A stretch of 62,527 nt of DNA from Phycisphaerae bacterium (GTDB lineage Bacteria > Planctomycetota > Phycisphaerae > Phycisphaerales > SM1A02): the NCBI GenBank assembly GCA_002705085.1, contig PAHO01000045.1, forward strand, positions 1 to 62,527, read 5' to 3'. A program made the position numbers and the translations under genes. Below, piece by piece: positions 27,439 through 36,597 of this stretch. Position 1 is the first letter of the stretch; the number at the start of each line of letters is the position of its first letter. The notes below the pieces were generated by a model. It had not been told where the DNA came from and ran no database searches. It saw only the letters and a list, made by a program, of their open reading frames with translations.

Positions 27439-28184
27439 AGTTTGTTTTTTCACCACCTGAACCTCAATATCAAGACCACGCCAAATCACTTCTTTTTACA
27501 GAACATTGTGTTCTAGAAGGTGATCCCAATCATGATGCGTTGTTGGATTTAAACAACGATGGATTGGGAATTCATGAACCCAAACGGTGGGATCAGCCAA
27601 AATTTATTGTTGATTTCACCACCATGGATATCCGAACGGGTGCAGGGAACGTTTCTCGAAAGCAGCCATTAGCACGGGCGGTGGGGCGTCAGTCTGAGCG
27701 AGTTCTTGATTTAACATCAGGCTTAGGTGCTGACACCAGTCTTTTGGCTGGAATGGGATACCAAGTTGAGTGCCGAGAACGTCACCCGATCCTTTACGCC
27801 CTTTTCCAAGATGCACTTGAAAGGGCCGCACAGCACCCTATGTATTCCACTGCTATTTCAGACAACATTCGTTTACAGCTTGGAGACGCAAGAGATGTTG
27901 GATCATCTTTTCTTCGGGCGTTTGATGCTGTTTATGTTGACCCCATGTACCCCCCAAAAAAGTCGAAGGCAGCGCCACCCCGTCGAGCCAAACTTCTTCA
28001 AATGATTGCAGGTGAGGACCTTGACCAACACGACTTATTTCTATGGGTCCGAGAGCACGCCAAACGCATGGTGGTGAAAAGACCAAGGCATGCTTCCCCA
28101 GCCTTAGAGGAACCACCTCACCATCAAGTTGAATCCAAAATGGTTCGATGGGATGTGTGGTTGAACCAACCAGAATCCACCTGA
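27435..28184 (+). CDS. rsmJ: 16S rRNA m2G1516 methyltransferase RsmJ-like (DUF548)
   Basis: ORF 27399..28184. The body matches RsmJ blocks (VLDLTSGLGADT..LA..G..V...ER.P; AVYVDPMYPPKKSKAAPPRRAKLLQ; RMVVKRPRHASP). A GTG at 27435 overlaps the TGA stop of the upstream MTase gene (GTGA) and aligns with the E. coli RsmJ start. The alternative start is 27399. Confidence 0.55.
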   Translation: MKFVFSPPEPQYQDHAKSLLFTEHCVLEGDPNHDALLDLNNDGLGIHEPKRWDQPKFIVDFTTMDIRTGAGNVSRKQPLARAVGRQSERVLDLTSGLGADTSLLAGMGYQVECRERHPILYALFQDALERAAQHPMYSTAISDNIRLQLGDARDVGSSFLRAFDAVYVDPMYPPKKSKAAPPRRAKLLQMIAGEDLDQHDLFLWVREHAKRMVVKRPRHASPALEEPPHHQVESKMVRWDVWLNQPEST

Positions 28185-28186
28185 AG

Positions 28187-28259
28187 TGGAGCGTATGGGA
28201 CTCGAACCCATAACCCCTGCCTTGCAAAAGCAGTGCTCTCCCAATTGAGCTAACGCCCC
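28187..28259 (-). tRNA. tRNA-Ala (anticodon TGC)
   Basis: The reverse complement folds as a cloverleaf. The acceptor stem is GGGGCGU with the G3:U70 alanine identity pair, and the D-arm is GCUC/GAGC. The anticodon stem CUGCU/GGCAG carries the loop UUUGCAA with anticodon UGC. The T-arm is AUGGG-UUCGAGU-CCCAU and the discriminator is A. CCA is not encoded. Confidence 0.9.
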
Positions 28260-28308
28260 AAATGTCGAATCGCCATTGTACAACTCACAAGCTGAGGGCG
28301 AAGGCTCC

Positions 28309-29856
28309 TTATTCACCACCCAAAACTTCAAGGGTGCCAACTGTTTGAAGTTGTGGCACTCCAAGCAAACTGGGTCCTCGATTTCCAGAGATCCCAATCA
28401 TGGCTTGGTTCCGAGAAAGTTGCCACAACTGCTCACTGAGGGGGCCTTTTGGGTTCAAATAAACGATTGTGCGCTGGGAAACAGGGTCCCGCAATCGGAG
28501 GAGCAGAGGTCGGGGGCGGCCGTTTGCCCCCGGCTTCCCGTCGTAAGCTTTTGAAGCCGACAGGATTCCAACAAAATCCAAATCAGTGCGGCTCAAAGCC
28601 AATTTTTGGCGGGCCGCAACATCATTCTCAAGTTGTCCCAACCGAGCTTGCAACTCGATAAATTTCTGTTCTTCTTCTTGAAGCAAGACAAACAAATCAA
28701 TGGCTTCCAAAAGGCGTTTGGCTTGTCCGGAAACAATTTCGTTCACAGTTTGGTTGGCAAGGGATTCAAACTCTCGGCGCAACGGGTTGGGTTCAGCTTC
28801 CAAAATCGGACCACCCACCATTGCTTTCCAGGCAGACTCTAAAGATGACCACGCTTCGGGGATCGAAACCGGGGTGCCATCCCAAACCGTGTTGTTGGTG
28901 GGTGGATCAACCGGCTCTTCAAGGATTTCTGGCTCAGTTTGCTCGGGCGAGGTGGTTTCAATTGGGTCAACTTGCACCTCACCCTGTTTGTTGGATTCTT
29001 CTTCTTGTTGAAGACGCCCTTTTTCAAGCTTAAGAACCTCTTGTTGGCGTTTAAGTTCCTCCTCCTCCTTGATTCGCTTCTCTTCAGCCAACCGTTGAGC
29101 TTCTTCTTCTTTTCGTCGAATCTCTTCCTCTTGGGCCAAACGTCTTTCTTCAGCCTCTTTTTGTTGTTGTTTGATCCGCTCCTCTTCTGCCTTCTTCTTT
29201 TTCTCTTTTTGCTCTTCTTCTGCTCGGCGTTGCTCCTCAGCCTGTTGACGGAATTTCAAAATAGTGTCTTCACTCGTTTGTGCTTGAAACAGGGGGTTTT
29301 TTGACTTTTGAATCCATGATGCCTCATCTGTAAGTGCATCATCAAGATTTGATCGAAGAACAAATGCGTACGAGGATTCAGGCATGGCAATCTCCAAAAC
29401 CGTGCGCTGGATAGCCCGCTCATTTTCAACACTAACACCAAGCACTTTGTATACCTGACCAGCGGTCAACGACGCCCCTTTGTATCGACTGGTCGATTTA
29501 CCATCTTCCACCCCAATCTCTCGCAACGCTGCCCGATCTCCCTTGCGGGCGGTGTACGTCATCGCCTCTTCATCAAATGCTTCTGAGGTTGTGTTGATCA
29601 ACTCGATATCACAAGTGATGTTTTCAAAAGTTCCAAGTTCTCCCCCACCAAGTTTCACCGCCACAAACTGGCCATAATTTTCTTCAGGGAACGATCGAAC
29701 AACGGCTCCCTCAGGAAGTACCGCGATCTCGTAATACGACAGATCGGCTCCTGACCGGACCAGGCATGTTTTGGTGGTCACCATCAATTCAGAGCCCGTG
29801 TTGGGATCGAGGGAAATTCCGAAAGCAATCAAAAAGAGGGTTGTGAAGGTAGACAT
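28309..29856 (-). CDS. Secreted protein with central poly-E/K/R/Q coiled-coil (unknown function)
   Basis: Within ORF 28309..29913 (-), the likely start is the Met at 29856 (MSTFTTLFLIAFGISLD, a signal peptide). A ~95-aa stretch reads EEQRRAEEEQKEKKKKAEEERIKQQQKEAEERRLAQEEEIRRKEEEAQRLAEEKRIKEEEELKRQQEVLKLEKGRLQQEEE. Confidence 0.6.
   Translation of the reverse strand: MSTFTTLFLIAFGISLDPNTGSELMVTTKTCLVRSGADLSYYEIAVLPEGAVVRSFPEENYGQFVAVKLGGGELGTFENITCDIELINTTSEAFDEEAMTYTARKGDRAALREIGVEDGKSTSRYKGASLTAGQVYKVLGVSVENERAIQRTVLEIAMPESSYAFVLRSNLDDALTDEASWIQKSKNPLFQAQTSEDTILKFRQQAEEQRRAEEEQKEKKKKAEEERIKQQQKEAEERRLAQEEEIRRKEEEAQRLAEEKRIKEEEELKRQQEVLKLEKGRLQQEEESNKQGEVQVDPIETTSPEQTEPEILEEPVDPPTNNTVWDGTPVSIPEAWSSLESAWKAMVGGPILEAEPNPLRREFESLANQTVNEIVSGQAKRLLEAIDLFVLLQEEEQKFIELQARLGQLENDVAARQKLALSRTDLDFVGILSASKAYDGKPGANGRPRPLLLRLRDPVSQRTIVYLNPKGPLSEQLWQLSRNQAMIGISGNRGPSLLGVPQLQTVGTLEVLGGE
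28990..29300 (-). repeat. Low-complexity purine-rich (GAA/GAG/AAG) coding repeat region encoding the E/K-rich coiled coil
   Basis: Nucleotide runs such as gaagaagaa, ctcttcttc and ttcttctttttc appear on the plus strand across this interval. Confidence 0.5.
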
Positions 29857-29891
29857 GGTGGTTCTCGCAATGAAAATCGTACGATTCCAGT

Positions 29892-30845
29892 ATGGCACAT
29901 CGGCTCGGGACAAGCGCTTCAGACATTGTGGCCGCGGTTGATTATCTCCGCTCGGGTGGGGTTGTGGGGGTCCCCACCGAAACCGTGTATGGATTGGCGG
30001 CCTCAGCGTTCGATATTGATGCCATTTCAGAGATTTATCGCTTAAAAAACAGGCCGGCGAACAACCCCCTCATCCTTCATATTCACCATCCAAGCCAAAT
30101 AGAGCGGCTGGCTGACACGATCCCCGAGACGCTTCCTCAAATTGTGGATCAATTTTGGCCAGGACCCCTCACGGTTGTTTTGAAAGCCCGACCAGATGTT
30201 CCGGCAATTGTGCGGGGCGGGGGTGACACGGTGGGGATCCGGATACCCAACCACCCCACTTTTTTACAGCTGCTGGCCAGCATCAATGAACCATTGGCAG
30301 CTCCCAGCGCCAATCGGTCCAATCATGTTTCACCCACAACAGCCGCCCATGTTGAGAGTGATTTTCCAACCGAATCTTTCCCTATTTTGGATGCGGGACC
30401 AACTACCACAGGTTTGGAATCAACAGTTCTCTCGCTGGTTGGTCCTCCAACTGTCCTGCGTCTTGGATCCACGTCAATCACAGCTTTGCGTGAGATTTTG
30501 CCTGACGTCACAATCGATCTTCCTGATCAACAAATTGAGTCACCAGGGACCTCCAAACGCCACTATGCCCCCAAAACACCATTCCACATCTGGTCCGATC
30601 AAAAAATCACCAACGAAGATGGTGTCTTGCTTTTTGGGGGACCGCCTCCTGAGCAAGCAGCCCATGTTTGGGATTTAGGTGATGACCCCACCCAGGCGGG
30701 CAAGAAGCTGTATGCCACGCTGCGAGAAATGGATCAAACACAACTTCGCGTGTTGTATGTGGTATTGCCCAACGAGAAGAAGTTGATGCAAGATGACTGG
30801 CTTGCCATTATGGATCGGCTGCGCCGCGCCACCCAGTCAAAATGA
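29892..30845 (+). CDS. tsaC: L-threonylcarbamoyladenylate synthase (TsaC/YrdC/Sua5 family, long form with C-terminal domain)
   Basis: ORF 29892..30845. The YrdC-domain motifs are present (VVGVPTETVYGLAASAFD, YRLKNRPANNPLILHI). A ~120-aa Sua5-type C-terminal domain follows. Confidence 0.75.
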   Translation: MAHRLGTSASDIVAAVDYLRSGGVVGVPTETVYGLAASAFDIDAISEIYRLKNRPANNPLILHIHHPSQIERLADTIPETLPQIVDQFWPGPLTVVLKARPDVPAIVRGGGDTVGIRIPNHPTFLQLLASINEPLAAPSANRSNHVSPTTAAHVESDFPTESFPILDAGPTTTGLESTVLSLVGPPTVLRLGSTSITALREILPDVTIDLPDQQIESPGTSKRHYAPKTPFHIWSDQKITNEDGVLLFGGPPPEQAAHVWDLGDDPTQAGKKLYATLREMDQTQLRVLYVVLPNEKKLMQDDWLAIMDRLRRATQSK

Positions 30846-31695
30846 TGATGTCTGCACTACCAAGCAAATCTTGTGGCAAATCGTTGCTTTGATCCGGCAC
30901 CAGGTTGATGGTCAACACATCATCAGAAGGCCGATGGTGGTTGTATTCCAACACGGTCCCACCTCGTTCAACCACGTGAAAAGCGCCAACCAAAAGAATG
31001 GCAGGTTGTGCCCCTGAAGCGCGCAGATCAGCCACACTTTTCCCCATCGAAGCATCCCAAATGCGTTGGGCGAGAAAAAACGCCTCACCAGCAGTGGGAT
31101 CAAAATCATCGCCCATCAAGTCAAAAAACTTTTTTCGATACAAAGAATCATCAACATTTGATGGCAAATCAAACCAGAGAGATCTTGGTCGGCCGGTGGG
31201 GAGGGCGGATTCACCTTCAATTCTCGCATGTCTCACGTATCTACGCGGGGCATTGGCCGCAATTACCTGGCCCCCACGGCCCAAAACGACATCAATGGCT
31301 GGTTGGTAAAAGTCATCCCACGTTTCAGGGCCAGCCCAATTGGTGCTCTCAGTGAGTTCTCGAAACGTGACCTGATCAATGACCCCATCTTGAAAATCAT
31401 CCAATAAGGGTTGCTCATCACGTTCCAGCATCTCAAGAGCAAGACCTGATGTTGCCGGTGCATCTTCCAAGATCGCATGCTGCACCAAATGGCCCAACAG
31501 GTCATCGTGCTGTTCCCCAAGCATGACAGCATCAGCTCGACTTACTCTTTCAAGCAAAGTCCCCCAACGGATGGGTATCCCGCTTTCTCCATCAAACACC
31601 GAACAAGATCTTGGGGGAGGGGGTGTACTGGTGGAGGTCACCATCGAACTGGAGCAACCCACCAAACAAAGAATTCCAGTCAATCGGTACATCAT
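30808..31695 (-). CDS. ChaN-family (haem-binding / Tiki-like) lipoprotein
   Basis: Within ORF 30808..31767 (-), the likely start is MMYRLTGILCLVGCSSS, a lipobox. The GEQHDD...H motif is characteristic of the ChaN/Cofac_haem_bdg family. Confidence 0.5.
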   Translation of the reverse strand: MMYRLTGILCLVGCSSSMVTSTSTPPPPRSCSVFDGESGIPIRWGTLLERVSRADAVMLGEQHDDLLGHLVQHAILEDAPATSGLALEMLERDEQPLLDDFQDGVIDQVTFRELTESTNWAGPETWDDFYQPAIDVVLGRGGQVIAANAPRRYVRHARIEGESALPTGRPRSLWFDLPSNVDDSLYRKKFFDLMGDDFDPTAGEAFFLAQRIWDASMGKSVADLRASGAQPAILLVGAFHVVERGGTVLEYNHHRPSDDVLTINLVPDQSNDLPQDLLGSADIIILTGWRGAADP

Positions 31696-31708
31696 CGTGA
31701 ACACCCAC

Positions 31709-32920
31709 TCATGGTCCCCAATTGGGTGAGATTTTGGCACCAGGATACGAGAGTGCCAAAATTTCACGCCAACTCACACCTTTACTGGCCCTTGCTTCAG
31801 CCCCAAACTGGCACAAGCCAACACCATGTCCAAAACCAGCTCCATCCAGAGTGAGCACTCCCCGTCTAGATTCACTCTTCAAGATCCACCCAGAGAACGC
31901 TTTCCCCCCCAAAGCAGTGATATGACCTCGTAACGCTTCTGGCGTCAGGTCGGCAGTGGCCCCTTTTACATCTTGCAGTTGGAGTTTGATCGCTCTTCCC
32001 CAAGGGTTGGTTCGAATGGGTTTGATAGATCGAACGGTTTGCAAGCCAACTCGATTTCCAAGCAACCTCCCCGAGACTTCAGTTGTCCAGCGGTACCTCT
32101 TGCTTGCTTGACATGGGCAAGGTCGGCCCTGCCCGGATAGTGGGGCAATAGCATTTGAGGTTGCGGCAAAAGTGTCTGATGCACGGGCGGGGCGACCTCC
32201 ACAACAAGAGGAGTAATACGTACACAGGATGTGGTTGTTCCAGGTAAGAACCTGGCCCCGGGTTGATTTGACAGCGTCCAATGCGATTGGTCGTACTTCC
32301 CCACCAGCAAAAGCTTGGTCACTGGGACTGGCTCGAACATGCCAAAACTTCCCCCGCCGATCTTGCATTTTCACCAATGAGAAAGAACGGGCCGCGACCG
32401 CGAGAGCGCGGTATGTGTTTGGATGCCAATTTGGATACAACTCACGCTGCAGAACGCCTGGAAGGTACGTCTCTAGATCAAAAGTGCCAACCACTTCCAA
32501 CCGATCCCCTTCAATCCGCATGGAAAGTGATGTGGTGGGAAAAATTTCTGTGTTGACCGTCATTGATTCAGAAGAAGTGAGCTGAAACACATCGGATTGC
32601 TGTTCCACCAAAACGGTTGCCCCACGTCGCAGCACCCAGTTGGTCTGGGTTCCTTTCTGAGAGCAAGAGACGGTCAACTCTCCAGCGTAAGGCTTCCCTT
32701 TCAACCGAGTGATGGTGGAAGGGGCGCCCACATTGCAATTGAATTCAGCAAGATCAAGCAGCCGAACCTGAATTTCCGGTTCTGTGGTCAAACTTCGATT
32801 CGGAAGATTGAAAGACTCTTGGGGTTTGGTGCTTTGCGTGCAACCCCACAACACCACCAAACCAACAAGTCTGCCTACGAATCCCAAGGTGTGACGACGT
32901 GACAGGAAACCTTCACCCAT
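31709..32920 (-). CDS. SpoIID/LytB-domain protein (peptidoglycan amidase enhancer / lytic transglycosylase-like)
   Basis: ORF 31709..32920 (-). It has a signal/anchor (LVGLVVLWGC) and the hallmark SpoIID/LytB motif LCTYYSSCCGGRPA. Confidence 0.65.
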   Translation of the reverse strand: MGEGFLSRRHTLGFVGRLVGLVVLWGCTQSTKPQESFNLPNRSLTTEPEIQVRLLDLAEFNCNVGAPSTITRLKGKPYAGELTVSCSQKGTQTNWVLRRGATVLVEQQSDVFQLTSSESMTVNTEIFPTTSLSMRIEGDRLEVVGTFDLETYLPGVLQRELYPNWHPNTYRALAVAARSFSLVKMQDRRGKFWHVRASPSDQAFAGGEVRPIALDAVKSTRGQVLTWNNHILCTYYSSCCGGRPARASDTFAATSNAIAPLSGQGRPCPCQASKRYRWTTEVSGRLLGNRVGLQTVRSIKPIRTNPWGRAIKLQLQDVKGATADLTPEALRGHITALGGKAFSGWILKSESRRGVLTLDGAGFGHGVGLCQFGAEARASKGVSWREILALSYPGAKISPNWGP

Positions 32921-32964
32921 GAAGGCATCATCACTTCCCCAGTCTATTTCTGCCAGTTGGCGGG

Positions 32965-33882
32965 TTACCCAAGCTTCCGCAGGGAGAGGTTGTGGAGCTC
33001 AAGTCTCTCTTTGATTTCATCCAAACTGGTGGAGCCAAAGTTTTTGACCCCCATCAATTCCGCTTCGGTGCGCATGGCCAAGTCGCCAATGGTGCCAATC
33101 CCAAGAAGTTGGAGTGCTTTCCGAGCCCGGACCGACAAATCCAAACTTGAAATAGGCTTGTTCAACACGTGATCTGGTGCCAAACCTTTGAGTTCTTCGA
33201 ACGCATCGTTTGGGTTGCGACGGAGTTGACCATCAACCCCCTGACCCAAACGCAAACCTTTGCTGGAAAGCATGTTTTTGATTTCCACCAGACTGGTTTC
33301 ACCGAAGTTCCGGTAGGAAAGCAATTCTGCCTCACTGACTTTCAAGAGATCTCCCAAAGTCCGAATATTCATCTTCTTCAGACAGTTCCGGGCCCGGACC
33401 GACAATTCAAAGTCGGTGACAGGGGTGTCAAGCATCGTGTTGAATCGACCTTGATCACGCTCAGTGTCTTCATCAAAGAGCATGGACTCGCTGGCTTCAC
33501 AGTCCCTTTGGAACATGCGGGCTCTGGGGTGGTTGGGATTTGATTCCAAGACGGGACGGAGGATCCGCATGGCTTCGTCGTATTCCCCACGATCCTCAAG
33601 GAGAATTGCCAGATTGATCAATGCGTTGATGTGTGGTTGCTCATCCGCGGCGAGCGATTGGTAGAGCGACAACGCCTCTTCTTCTTCACCCATCAAATCC
33701 AGCAACCAAGCCAATCGAAAGCGGGATTCGGTCAATGGACTTTCAGCGACTGCTTCACGGTACGCCTCAATGGCGGAGATCCGGTCTCCTTCAGCCTCAG
33801 CGGTCAATCCGCGTTGGTGGAGTTCTTGCGCTTTGGCGACATCTCCCTCGCCAATGACGAGGTCTTCAGTATTGGTGCTCAT
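32965..33882 (-). CDS. TPR-repeat protein with two tandem RNA polymerase alpha-subunit C-terminal-domain (alpha-CTD) like modules
   Basis: ORF 32965..33882 (-). The N-terminal ~130 aa are TPR-like. The protein then carries VTDFELSVRARNCLKKMNIRTLGDLLKVSEAELLSYRNFGETSLVEIKNMLSSKGLRLG and ISSLDLSVRARKALQLLGIGTIGDLAMRTEAELMGVKNFGSTSLDEIKERLELHNLSL. Both match the RpoA alpha-CTD helix-hairpin-helix block (LELSVRSANCL..IHTIGDLV..TE.ELLK.PN.G.KSL.EIK..L...GL.LG). Confidence 0.7.
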   Translation of the reverse strand: MSTNTEDLVIGEGDVAKAQELHQRGLTAEAEGDRISAIEAYREAVAESPLTESRFRLAWLLDLMGEEEEALSLYQSLAADEQPHINALINLAILLEDRGEYDEAMRILRPVLESNPNHPRARMFQRDCEASESMLFDEDTERDQGRFNTMLDTPVTDFELSVRARNCLKKMNIRTLGDLLKVSEAELLSYRNFGETSLVEIKNMLSSKGLRLGQGVDGQLRRNPNDAFEELKGLAPDHVLNKPISSLDLSVRARKALQLLGIGTIGDLAMRTEAELMGVKNFGSTSLDEIKERLELHNLSLRKLG

Positions 33883-33964
33883 CGAAATTCAGTCCTCATG
33901 GGGTCAAAATGTCCAAGCGGTCAGGCTGGACGAACGGGACATCATAGGTGCAGCAAAATATTCG

Positions 33965-35416
33965 TCAACCAACACTGGCGTGACCAGTGTCTATAAGTTT
34001 GATATTTCGCCACACCCCCGATTTCCACCGCCAAGCCATCGCCACACCCAACGCCAGGATGTACATCGTCGCGGCGATCCAAGGCCCCAAAGAGGCACTT
34101 TCTGGGATCAGCCAAAGCGAGAGGTAGCCCCCCCCCATCAATATGGTCCATTGGAGTGCCACCATGATCACCCCGGGCCAGGTGGTGTCCCCCGCACCCC
34201 GGAGGGCTCCTGACAACACAATCCCAACCGCATCCAAGGTTTGCCAAAAAGCGGCACAAAGCAACATCCACCGACCCAGTCTGGTGATTTCCAATCGGGT
34301 GGCTTCCGGGGTGCCCTCATTGATAAAGATTCCAATCAAGGGCTCATACAACGTGGCGAACACCAGACCCCAAAGGCTCATGTACACAATCCCAATTTTG
34401 AGGGTGACCCGAACTCTTGATTGAGCTTCATCAGAGCAACCCTCACCAATGAGGCGGCCCACAATTGAGGTGATGGCTACCGAAAATCCAACCGCAGGCA
34501 TAAATGAAAGATGCATGTAACGCATGGCAATCCAAGAAGCAGTCATGTGCTCAGATCCAAAGCGACCCACCAAGGCGGTCATGAACCAAGCCCAACAGAC
34601 GAGTTCACTTCCCCACGAGAGGGATGCTGGCCAACCCCGGCGGAACAACTCGCGGCATGCTGAAAAATGCCATCCTCGTGCGGACATCAGGTGAAAATTG
34701 TTTTTTGTCTTGGCTAAGAAGAGGGCCGTCATGGGGATGATGGCTTCCATAATGGATCCAATTACGGTTCCCCATGCCGCTCCAGCAACCCCCAGTTGTG
34801 GCGCCATAGCCACACCAGGAAGTCCCAATGCAGGAAGACCAGTTTCACCGAAAATCAAAGCGTATGAAGCGATCAGATTGGTCAGGTTGCCAACCAAAGC
34901 CGACACCGTGACAACCTTTGGTCGATGCAATCCAAAAAAACAGTTGTGACTCAAGCGACCCAACAAACTGAACAACCCACCAACCAGCAGGATTTGTCCA
35001 TAAGCCACTTCCTTCTTCACCAAACTGGGCTGCCCCAACTCACCATGAATGTGTTCAAAGAACCAAGGAAGAGCGGCCGCCAAAGGCAACATCACCACCA
35101 ACCACCACATCAAGGAGAGCCACAAGCCTGCCCAAGCAAACTTTGCTCCACGATTGGCGTCCCCAGCGCCCAAATGTTGACTAACAAACGTGTTCACCAA
35201 AGACAAAGTCCCAGCGGCAATAGAGATTGGGGCAAAAGCCCATACCCCAGCATTGCCTTGAGCCGCCACATCTTCAGTCCCCACTTGACCCAACAAAACG
35301 GCATCAACGAATTGCATCACGGTGTAACTGGTCATCGTGATGACGGTGGGCCAAGCAAGTCGCCAAACTTCACTCAGGGGGCTTTCTGGACGGTTCACGC
35401 TGCTCATCAAGATCAA
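33965..35416 (-). CDS. MATE-family multidrug/sodium efflux transporter
   Basis: ORF 33965..35416 (-). It has 12 predicted TM segments. The N-terminal LAWPTVITMTSYTVMQFVDAVLLGQVG is the typical MATE start, and a second repeat half follows. Confidence 0.8.
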   Translation of the reverse strand: MILMSSVNRPESPLSEVWRLAWPTVITMTSYTVMQFVDAVLLGQVGTEDVAAQGNAGVWAFAPISIAAGTLSLVNTFVSQHLGAGDANRGAKFAWAGLWLSLMWWLVVMLPLAAALPWFFEHIHGELGQPSLVKKEVAYGQILLVGGLFSLLGRLSHNCFFGLHRPKVVTVSALVGNLTNLIASYALIFGETGLPALGLPGVAMAPQLGVAGAAWGTVIGSIMEAIIPMTALFLAKTKNNFHLMSARGWHFSACRELFRRGWPASLSWGSELVCWAWFMTALVGRFGSEHMTASWIAMRYMHLSFMPAVGFSVAITSIVGRLIGEGCSDEAQSRVRVTLKIGIVYMSLWGLVFATLYEPLIGIFINEGTPEATRLEITRLGRWMLLCAAFWQTLDAVGIVLSGALRGAGDTTWPGVIMVALQWTILMGGGYLSLWLIPESASLGPWIAATMYILALGVAMAWRWKSGVWRNIKLIDTGHASVG

Positions 35417-35466
35417 AGATTGTAAGTTGAGGATCCAAGTACACCCCTCAGATCAAGGAATACCGC

Positions 35467-36594
35467 ATGCCATTCCATCGATTTCACCACCTCACGGTTG
35501 CCTTGTTGTTGGCGACAACCCCATCTTTGAGCGCTGAAGCCCTTTCAGTGAAGCCTTTGACAAAATCTCAGCAGCTTCCACTGTCCAAGAAAGATCGGGC
35601 CGCCCAGGAGGTGAACTTGGGTTGGATTCCTCCAGCCCTAGCGGGTGAAGGTTTGAAGTGGATGGGTCTCGAGGGTGAGGTTCCCTCTTGGGAAGATCTT
35701 CGTGGGCAAGTTATTGTCTTGCAGTCTTTCCGAGCCCCATCCCCCCAAATTTCGAAAGTCCGTGAGGCTATCGAGGGTCTTGGTTCAACTGACGTGTTGT
35801 TCCTGCCAGTTCACACCCCTGATCGAGCCGAACGATTCGATGGAGACAAGAAGCTGTCTGTAGGGTTGGATCAAATTCCAGTGTTGGTGGACAACCACGG
35901 TGAACTCTGCGATCGATTTGGTTTTCGCCGCAAGACCACCAATGTGATTATTGATCGTCGAGGAGTGGTGTCAGCGGTTGGTGTGCGGACTGAAGCGTTG
36001 AACGCACTTTTGCAAGAGATGCTTGCGGTTTCCAAAGAGGAAGCAATGGAGGCGGAGCCAAAAAAGCGAAGTGCGCCAAAAACTTCAGATTATCCCCCTC
36101 ATAATCCACAAGTTGGGAGCGCCACAAACCGTCAAGGGGAGGATGCTCCAGAATTCTCAGTTGCTCAGTGGGTCAGCAAACGCCCAGACCTGCAGAACAA
36201 AACAGTTGTGATTGATTTTTGGGCCACTTGGTGCGGTCCCTGCCGCGCGGCCATCCCCCATATGAACGAATTGCAACAAGCTTTTTCCGATGATTTGGTG
36301 TGCGTCGGCGTGAGCAACGAATCGCCAGATGCTTTCAAGCAAGGCATGTCCTCTCGACAACTCAATAAACCAAACACGTTCTCTTATTCATTGGCTTTGG
36401 ACCCTTCAGCCAAAATGCAGCGGCACTTTGGGGTGAGGGGAATTCCACACTGTGTGGTGATCTCACCCGACGGCAAGGTTCGTTGGCAAGGCCACCCATC
36501 TGGTTTGGACTCGGAAAAATTGGGAGCGATTGTCAAAGCTGGGCGTGGTGCAGGGGGGACATTTGAACCTTACTGGACGAAAAACAAGCGGTAA
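35467..36594 (+). CDS. TlpA/ResA-like thiol-disulfide oxidoreductase with two thioredoxin-like domains (only the second has CxxC)
   Basis: ORF 35467..36594. It has a signal peptide. The C-terminal domain carries VVIDFWATWCGPCRAAIPHM. The N-terminal redoxin-like domain lacks the CxxC motif. Confidence 0.7.
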   Translation: MPFHRFHHLTVALLLATTPSLSAEALSVKPLTKSQQLPLSKKDRAAQEVNLGWIPPALAGEGLKWMGLEGEVPSWEDLRGQVIVLQSFRAPSPQISKVREAIEGLGSTDVLFLPVHTPDRAERFDGDKKLSVGLDQIPVLVDNHGELCDRFGFRRKTTNVIIDRRGVVSAVGVRTEALNALLQEMLAVSKEEAMEAEPKKRSAPKTSDYPPHNPQVGSATNRQGEDAPEFSVAQWVSKRPDLQNKTVVIDFWATWCGPCRAAIPHMNELQQAFSDDLVCVGVSNESPDAFKQGMSSRQLNKPNTFSYSLALDPSAKMQRHFGVRGIPHCVVISPDGKVRWQGHPSGLDSEKLGAIVKAGRGAGGTFEPYWTKNKR

Positions 36595-36597
36595 TTG

